Assembly: GCA_942493095.1 (NCBI GenBank)
Contig: OW818675.1
Span: 3,030,001-3,062,000, forward strand
Direction of reading: 5' to 3'
DNA from: Candidatus Electronema halotolerans
GTDB taxonomy: Bacteria; Desulfobacterota; Desulfobulbia; Desulfobulbales; Desulfobulbaceae
Length of the DNA: 32,000 nucleotides
The notes below the pieces were generated by a model that saw only the letters and a program-made list of their open reading frames with translations, was not told where the DNA came from and did no database searches. Below are positions 26,207 to 32,000 of this stretch, piece by piece (within the stretch, counting starts at the first letter, position 1; every line of letters starts with the position of its first letter). The position numbers and the translations under genes were made by a program.

Positions 26207-27757
26207 TTAATATTTCCCGCAGGAAGCAGCGATTGCCCCGGCCAGATCGCTGATTGTGTATCGTTCCGGCTGGATATCCACCTTGAGTCCGTGCTGCCGC
26301 ACCGTCTCCGCCGTGACCGGGCCAATGGCGGCAATTTTGACCGCATCCAAGAGCTGATGCAGCTCGGCCTCATCCTGGGCATCAACCATAGTCAGAAAAT
26401 TGGTCACGGCTGAGGAGCTGGCAAAGGTGACAATGTCAATTTCCCGCGCCAGCAGCTGGCGGCGCAGCTCCTCTTTCCGGCCCGGCGGCGGCACGTTCTG
26501 ATACACCGGAGCTGCCGTGACCGAGCCGCCCGCATCCTCCAGCATTTCCGGCAGGGTTTCCATTGCCTTCAAAGCGCGGGGGAGCAGGAACCGTTTGCCC
26601 TGTGCCTCGCCTGCGGCAATCAAGGTCTTGGCCAGCTCTTCGCCGGTGAATTTGTCAGGAATCAGATCCGCCTTGAGACCGTATTTGCCGATCTCGTCAG
26701 CAGTAGTCCTGCCGACCGCGCCGATCTTGCAAGGAGCAAGAGCGCGGCTGTCCAAGCCTTTTTCATGCAGCCGCTTGAAAAAATAGATGACTGCGTTCAG
26801 GCTGGTGAAAAGCAGCCAGTGGTAGGTAGCCAGATTGCTCAGGGCTGTGTCGATAACCGAGCAGTCAGCTAACGGCTCAATGTGAATGGTCGGATATTCC
26901 AAGCATTCGGCTCCGTACTCCTCCAGCTTGGCGACTAATTCGCTGGCCTGCTCGCGGGTGCGCGTAACCACGATCCGCTTGCCGAACAAAGGGCGGCATT
27001 CGTACCAGTCAATGGTCTGGCGCAGCTTGACCACCTCGCCGACAATCACCAAGGCAGGCGGGGCAATCTTGGCGGCCTTGACCACCTCGGTGATGGTCGC
27101 CAAGGTGCCGACCACAGACCGCTGCTGCGGGGTCGAGGCCCAGCGCACCACGGCCACGGGCGTGTCCGGGGCGCGACCGTTGTCGATCAATTTCTTGCTG
27201 ATCACAGGCAGGTTCTTGATTCCCATATAGACGACAATCGTGCCCGCGCCAGTGGCCAGCTTGTCCCAAGCAATATTCGACTTCTCCTTGCCATCCGCCT
27301 CATGCCCGGTGACAAACGCCACTGAGGCGGTGTAATCGCGGTGGGTGATCGGAATGCCCGCGTAGGTGGCCGCAGCTGTGGCCGAAGTCACGCCCGGCAC
27401 CACCTCAAAGTCAATGCCCGCCTTGACTAATTCCTCAATCTCCTCTGCCCCGCGCCCAAAGATGAAGGGATCGCCGCCCTTGAGCCGAACCACCCGCCTG
27501 CCTGCCGCACCGTGCTCAACCAGCAGCCGGTTGATGCCCTCCTGGGGAATGATATGCTGGACCCCGCCTTTCTTGCCGACATAAATCCGTTCGGCAGTTG
27601 CAGGCGCATGGGACAACAGCTTGACATTGGCCAAGTGGTCATAGATCACCACTTCAGCCCGCTCCAGCAGAAATTTGCCGCGCAGGGTGATCAGGCCGGG
27701 GTCGCCGGGACCTGCGCCGACAAGATACACTTTACCTTTTTGAGGGATGTCATTCAT
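26207..27757 (-). CDS. Fused uroporphyrinogen-III C-methyltransferase / uroporphyrinogen-III synthase
   Basis: 516 aa; 'GKVYLVGAGPGDPGLITLRGKFLLERAEVVIYDHL', 'GDPFIFGRGAEE', 'VVPGVTSATAAATYAGIP'; C-terminal HemD-like half 'VTFASSSAVTNFL...AAIGPVTAETVRQHGLKVDIQPERYTISDL'. Confidence 0.93.
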   Translation of the reverse strand: MNDIPQKGKVYLVGAGPGDPGLITLRGKFLLERAEVVIYDHLANVKLLSHAPATAERIYVGKKGGVQHIIPQEGINRLLVEHGAAGRRVVRLKGGDPFIFGRGAEEIEELVKAGIDFEVVPGVTSATAAATYAGIPITHRDYTASVAFVTGHEADGKEKSNIAWDKLATGAGTIVVYMGIKNLPVISKKLIDNGRAPDTPVAVVRWASTPQQRSVVGTLATITEVVKAAKIAPPALVIVGEVVKLRQTIDWYECRPLFGKRIVVTRTREQASELVAKLEEYGAECLEYPTIHIEPLADCSVIDTALSNLATYHWLLFTSLNAVIYFFKRLHEKGLDSRALAPCKIGAVGRTTADEIGKYGLKADLIPDKFTGEELAKTLIAAGEAQGKRFLLPRALKAMETLPEMLEDAGGSVTAAPVYQNVPPPGRKEELRRQLLAREIDIVTFASSSAVTNFLTMVDAQDEAELHQLLDAVKIAAIGPVTAETVRQHGLKVDIQPERYTISDLAGAIAASCGKY

Positions 27758-27867
27758 GATGCAGTGGGGATGCTTATAGGTGCTTTGCTGATGACCGGCT
27801 TTCGGTCACGGCCCGCAGCATACCACAGACTGTTCCTTTGTGCCATAACTTCAAGCGCAGAGGTCTG

Positions 27868-28563
27868 TCAAGGCGCTTTGACCAGCGAGAGCAGGCCGTC
27901 AGCGGCCCGGCGGGCGGCCACGGCAAAGGCAAAGGCGTTCAGGCGCAGGCAGAGATAAAAATCCGAGCTGGGATTCCACGGTTTGGCCGGATCAAAGAAG
28001 CGGGCTGAACAGGGCGAGGCTTTGAGCTGGGGGATGACCGACTCCTCGTCAAACGGCTGGTCCGTGAGCAGGCATTCCAAATAGTCAGCGCAAAGATCGT
28101 CCTCATCAGTCGGCGTTTCCGCCTGCCAGCCCATTCTGACCAAGGTCACTGTTGCCGGAGATTGTCTTCTGATGTAGCGGGCTGTTGCGCTGGCATTGAC
28201 AAAGGCTCCGGTCAGCACTTCATCGGCCTGCGTCGCATTGACAATGCCCTGGGTGCCGGCATGGGTGGTCTGAATGACATGTTTCCGGCGCAGGTCGGCC
28301 TTGGCCAGCTCGGTCGGCGAATTGCCAAAGTCAAAGCCGTCCAATTTCCTGCCGCCCCGTTCCCCGATCAGCACCGGCTTGGCCAGTGCTTCCTGTTCCC
28401 GCAGAGCCAGTGCCTCGCCGACATCGCCGACCGGCAGAACCCGCGCCGCGCCGCCGTCCAGACAGCAGCAGACCGTGGAAAAAGCCCGGAACACATCAAT
28501 GATCACAGCAATGCCTTCCGCTTCCCGTGCTCCGGCAGTGAAGTCTTTTTTGAGAATTTTCAT
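27868..28563 (-). CDS. 2-phosphosulfolactate phosphatase family protein (ComB-like)
   Basis: 'IAVIIDVFRAFSTVCCCLDGGAARVLPVGD', 'PVLIGERGGRKLDGFDFGNSPTEL', 'QTTHAGTQGIVNA'. Start at MKILKKDF. Confidence 0.8.
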   Translation of the reverse strand: MKILKKDFTAGAREAEGIAVIIDVFRAFSTVCCCLDGGAARVLPVGDVGEALALREQEALAKPVLIGERGGRKLDGFDFGNSPTELAKADLRRKHVIQTTHAGTQGIVNATQADEVLTGAFVNASATARYIRRQSPATVTLVRMGWQAETPTDEDDLCADYLECLLTDQPFDEESVIPQLKASPCSARFFDPAKPWNPSSDFYLCLRLNAFAFAVAARRAADGLLSLVKAP

Positions 28564-28657
28564 AACGTCAGGCTGCTCCTTGTCTGCCTCGCCAAAAAAA
28601 GGCGGCACCCCGGCCAGTTCCGGGATGCCGCCTTCCTTGATCCTGCTGCAAAAAATA

Positions 28658-30415
28658 TTACCGCATCACCATGCCCGGCACCCGGATGTCCTCAACCAGA
28701 TGCTGAATATGCTCCGGCGGCGGCGGGGTGATGCTGGATACGGCGTAGGCAACCGCAAAGTTGACTAATGCGCCAATGGTGCCAAAGGCTTCCGGGGAAA
28801 TGCCGAGGAGCCAGTTCTCAGCCACATTCTTGGCCATTTCCGTGCCCGGCATGAAGAACCAGCCCTTGAACCAGAAGATGTACACCAAGGTGACGCTGAG
28901 ACCGGCCAGCATGCCGGCAATCGCGCCTGCCTTGTTGATCCGCTTGACAAAGATGCCCATCATCAAGGCCGGGAAGATGGACGAGGCTGCCAGGCCAAAG
29001 GCAAGAGCCACGACCTGAGCTGCAAAGCCGGGCGGATTGAGGCCGAAATACCCGGCCACGACAATGGCTCCGGCCATAGCGATGCGGCCTGCCATCAGCT
29101 CGCCTTTGTCGCTCATGTTTTTGGCGACAATGCCTTTGAGCAGGTCATGCGAGATGGACGAGGAAATGGCTAAGAGCAGACCAGCAGCCGTGGAAAGCGC
29201 AGCGGCAATCCCGCCTGCGGCCACCAAGGCAATCACCCAGTTGGGCAGGTGGGCAATCTCCGGGTTGGCAAGGACCATGATGTCGCGGTCAACCGTGACC
29301 ATCTCATTCTCAGCGCCCTTGTAGTCAGGGCCGACATACTGGATGCGGCCATCGCCGTTCTTGTCCTCAAACTTGAGCAGGCCGGTCTTCTCCCAGTTCT
29401 TGAACCAGACAGGCCGTTCCTCCACCTTGAGCCACTGCCCGGTCGGGGTCTGCTGGGCCGCCTGGGCGGTGCTGGTGGGCCGGATGGTTTCCAGCAGATT
29501 GAACCGGGCCATTGCCCCGACTGCCGGAGCCGTGGTGTAGAGCAGGGCGATGAAGACTAACGACCAGCCCACAGACGAGCGCGCATCCTTAACCTTGGGC
29601 ACCGTGAAGAAGCGGGTGATGACGTGCGGCAGGCCAGCAGTGCCGATCATCAGGGTCATGGTGTAGAGGAAGATGTTCAAGGTGCTGCCGTGCTGACTGG
29701 TGTAGTTGTTGAAGCCAAGCTCAACCAGCACCTGATTCAGCTTGTCGAGCAGGAACATGTTGGAGCCGTCATTGAGCTGCGCGCCCAGACCGAGCTGGGG
29801 CACCGGATTGCCGGTGAGCTGGAGGGAGATGAAGACTGCGGGTACGGTGTAGGCAAAGATCAGGACGCAGTATTGGGCGATTTGGGTGTAGGTGATGCCC
29901 TTCATGCCGCCCATGACCGCATAGATGAACACAATGATCATGCCGACCAAGAGGCCGTACTCGTAGGGCATCTCCAGGAAGCGGGAAAAGGCCACGCCAA
30001 TGCCCTTCATCTGGCCGATGACGTAGGTCAGCGAGGCTGTGATCAAGCAGATGACCGCGACAACACGGGCTGTGCTGGAGTAGTAGCGGTCGCCGATAAA
30101 GGCGGGCACGGTGAACTTGCCGTACTTGCGCAAGTACGGGGCCAGCAGCATGGCTAAGAGGCAGTAGCCGCCAGTCCAGCCCATCAGGAAGACCGAAGCG
30201 TCATAGCCGCCAAAGGCGATCATGCCGGCCATGGAAATGAATGAGGCAGCTGACATCCAGTCCGCGCCAGTGGCCATGCCATTGAGGACCGGATGCACCC
30301 CTTTGCCTGCCACGTAGAATTCGCCGGTGGAACCGGCCCTGGCCTTGATCGCAATCCAGATGTAGAGGGCAAAGGTCGCGCCGACCACCAGATAGGTCAT
30401 TGTCTGCAAATCCAT
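28658..30415 (-). CDS. Sodium:solute symporter family cation symporter (ActP-like)
   Basis: 585 aa multi-TM; 'ARAGSTGEFYVAGKGVHPVLNGMATGADWMSAASFISMAGMIAF', 'GKFTVPAFIGDRYYS'; adjacent to its DUF4212 partner. Confidence 0.9.
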   Translation of the reverse strand: MDLQTMTYLVVGATFALYIWIAIKARAGSTGEFYVAGKGVHPVLNGMATGADWMSAASFISMAGMIAFGGYDASVFLMGWTGGYCLLAMLLAPYLRKYGKFTVPAFIGDRYYSSTARVVAVICLITASLTYVIGQMKGIGVAFSRFLEMPYEYGLLVGMIIVFIYAVMGGMKGITYTQIAQYCVLIFAYTVPAVFISLQLTGNPVPQLGLGAQLNDGSNMFLLDKLNQVLVELGFNNYTSQHGSTLNIFLYTMTLMIGTAGLPHVITRFFTVPKVKDARSSVGWSLVFIALLYTTAPAVGAMARFNLLETIRPTSTAQAAQQTPTGQWLKVEERPVWFKNWEKTGLLKFEDKNGDGRIQYVGPDYKGAENEMVTVDRDIMVLANPEIAHLPNWVIALVAAGGIAAALSTAAGLLLAISSSISHDLLKGIVAKNMSDKGELMAGRIAMAGAIVVAGYFGLNPPGFAAQVVALAFGLAASSIFPALMMGIFVKRINKAGAIAGMLAGLSVTLVYIFWFKGWFFMPGTEMAKNVAENWLLGISPEAFGTIGALVNFAVAYAVSSITPPPPEHIQHLVEDIRVPGMVMR

Positions 30416-30429
30416 AGTCTGTCGCTCCT

Positions 30430-30687
30430 TCAGTCTTCCTGAACGCCGAATTTCTTGTCAAGCTTGTTCATCCGCCAGGCATAGAAGAAGACGAGGATGA
30501 CGAAGCTGTAAATGGACCCCTGCTGGGCAAACCAGAAGCCGAGCGGATAGCCGCCTAAGATGTGAATGCTGTTCAGTAGCGGGGCCAAGAGTATCCCGCA
30601 GCCATAAGACACCAGAAACCAGACAGCCAGACAGCCGAGAACCAGCCGGATGTTGGCCTGCCAGTACGCTTGTGAGTCATTGCTCAT
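30430..30687 (-). CDS. DUF4212 family small membrane subunit
   Basis: 85 aa; 'YWQANIRLVLGCLAVWFLVSYGCGILLAPLLNSI..GGYPLGFWFAQQGSIYSFVILVFFYAWRMNKLD'; directly upstream of the symporter. Confidence 0.88.
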   Translation of the reverse strand: MSNDSQAYWQANIRLVLGCLAVWFLVSYGCGILLAPLLNSIHILGGYPLGFWFAQQGSIYSFVILVFFYAWRMNKLDKKFGVQED

Positions 30688-30812
30688 GCGTCTTTCTCCT
30701 CTTGTGAGTTGTATGATTGAATGCGACTCTCTCCTCAGTGCCGGAGCCGGGTCCGGTGTTGCACATTACCTGCTGTTCCACCCTTCTGTCAAGCTGGAAG
30801 AGAGGCGGAAGA

Positions 30813-31523
30813 TCACAATCTGCCGCTGCGCCCGGCCCGGTACAAGTCCTTCAGTGTGGCAATGCCGCCCTGGCGGAACTTCTTGACCAAGTAGAGAAAG
30901 AGGTAGGCGGTCTGGAGCGCGTCTTCGAGCGCGTCATGAGGCTTGAACCTGGGCAGGTTGAAGCTCTCAGTCAGCGCGTCCAAGTTGCAGGGCATGGACT
31001 GATCCGTGCTGCCGTAGAAGTCCTTGCTCCCTGCCTCCTGATAGCGGCGGGCCAGGCGCATGGTGTCAATGCTCGGATTGGCAAGGCTGCCGCCAAGGGT
31101 CTTCTTAGCCGCCTTGCTGAGAAAGTGCATGTCCAGATCAACAAAGTGGCCGACTAACAGGCTCTTGCCGCAGAACTCGACAAAGGCTGGCAGGACCTCC
31201 TCAAGAGGCGGGGCTTGGGCCAGCTGCTCCGGGGTGATGCGGTGAATCAGGGTGGCGAGGTTGGGCTGAATCTTGTCCGGGCGGACATGGCTGTGAAAGC
31301 AGTGGCTCGGCGCAATCTGCAACTGTTCGATGCGCACTGCGCCAATGGCGATGAGCTGATCCTTGCGGCGATGGAGGCCGGTCAGCTCAGTGTCAAAGAC
31401 CGTGAAGCTGTACTCATCCAGCGGCCTGCCCTGGTCGAACTCGGCAAACAGCACCGCATTCTTGCGCAGGACAGGATGCAGCTCTTGCAGGCCAAAGAGT
31501 TTGCGCAGCAAGGTCAGCAGCAT
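30813..31523 (-). CDS. 3'-5' exonuclease (DEDD / DnaQ-like)
   Basis: 236 aa; 'YSFTVFDTELTGLHRRKDQLIAIGAVRI' (Exo I), 'LVGHFVDLDMHFL' (Exo II), 'HDALEDALQTAYLFLYL' (Exo III). Confidence 0.88.
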   Translation of the reverse strand: MLLTLLRKLFGLQELHPVLRKNAVLFAEFDQGRPLDEYSFTVFDTELTGLHRRKDQLIAIGAVRIEQLQIAPSHCFHSHVRPDKIQPNLATLIHRITPEQLAQAPPLEEVLPAFVEFCGKSLLVGHFVDLDMHFLSKAAKKTLGGSLANPSIDTMRLARRYQEAGSKDFYGSTDQSMPCNLDALTESFNLPRFKPHDALEDALQTAYLFLYLVKKFRQGGIATLKDLYRAGRSGRL

Positions 31524-31639
31524 GGCTGCTGGCTGCTGTTACGCTGTAGGGCCACGGCCTTTTCAAGCTGCAAGCGTGCCTGGAGCTTCTCATCCCAGCG
31601 TTGCGCCGTCTCCTCTTTGAACCGCTCGTCGGTCATCAT
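31514..31639 (-). CDS. Small ORF (41 aa) overlapping the exonuclease start
   Basis: MMTDERFKEETAQRWDEKLQARLQLEKAVALQRNSSQQPCC*; not in the ORF track; stop overlaps the exonuclease start region (ATGCTGCTGA). Confidence 0.35.
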   Translation of the reverse strand: MMTDERFKEETAQRWDEKLQARLQLEKAVALQRNSSQQPCC

Positions 31640-31651
31640 CCGGGCTGCTCA

Positions 31652-32000
31652 TCAGGCCGTGGTTATCTGGAGGATGTCCACCAGCCTGCCGCCGTAATCC
31701 GTGCGGATCATCTCCCAGAGGCCGGTGTAGTCGTTCACGGTCAGGTCGAGCGAGGTCAGGGCGGAACCGGCAAAACCGGAGAGGGTGAAATCGCCGTTGT
31801 GGGTCACAGCCAGCTCGGCCCCTGCGGCCCCGTCTTCCTGCATATCCAAAAGGCGGAAGACCAGCTCCTCCTGCTGGAGATCCTGCATCACCTCCACCCG
31901 CACCGTGCTGTCCGCAGACAGGCTGCCGCCGGTGACCACCACGTTGGGCGCAGCCGCGCTGCCGGTCAGGATTCCGTGTTCCGGCGGGTTGGGATGACTG
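31652..32000 (-). CDS. C-terminal part of a large protein, truncated by the window edge; possible adhesin or surface protein
   Basis: Open frame continues without a stop to 32000: 'SHPNPPEHGILTGSAAAPNVVVTGGSLSADSTVRVEVMQDLQQEELVFRLLDM...'. Confidence 0.45.
   Translation of the reverse strand, partial: SHPNPPEHGILTGSAAAPNVVVTGGSLSADSTVRVEVMQDLQQEELVFRLLDMQEDGAAGAELAVTHNGDFTLSGFAGSALTSLDLTVNDYTGLWEMIRTDYGGRLVDILQITTA

Noticed and set aside
1-32000. CRISPR arrays, tRNA, rRNA, integrases, retron or phage structural genes
   Set aside because: None seen on either strand by reading; no regularly spaced short direct repeats. The only tandem repeats are coding units in the 10.9-12.8 kb gene.

Overview
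32 kb chromosomal-looking window from a Gram-negative bacterium. The gene content looks deltaproteobacterial, possibly Desulfobulbales-like, but this is a low-confidence guess. Most of it is ordinary housekeeping and metabolic content: nifU/nifS-type Fe-S assembly, PEP synthase, dapA, PhoH-like/YbeY/PdxJ/SEC-C cluster, RsmB, a GGDEF protein, a cobalamin-uptake locus with a cobalamin riboswitch, a CobA-HemD fusion, a ComB-like protein, and an SSS symporter with its DUF4212 partner. The accessory part is ~4.7-10.1 kb. There, an AT-richer, tightly packed four-gene module follows an intact ppsA: a stand-alone ABC/OLD-like AAA ATPase, a small PD-(D/E)XK-like protein, a TumA-like protein and a TumE/DUF6516-like protein. 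Two further partial copies of the ppsA 3' end come after it, separated by a 1486-bp IS66-family element that has no target-site duplication. Copies 1 and 2 differ almost only at synonymous positions, which suggests the extra copies derive from a functional homologous ppsA allele rather than from neutral decay of a local duplicate. The module is the best candidate for an undescribed defence or conflict system. Other notable items are an in-frame YbeY-PdxJ fusion ORF that retains a strong internal Shine-Dalgarno and ATG, a pair of paralogous propeller-like periplasmic proteins (one fused to a DsbA-like domain), and a five-repeat choice-of-anchor-like secreted protein.
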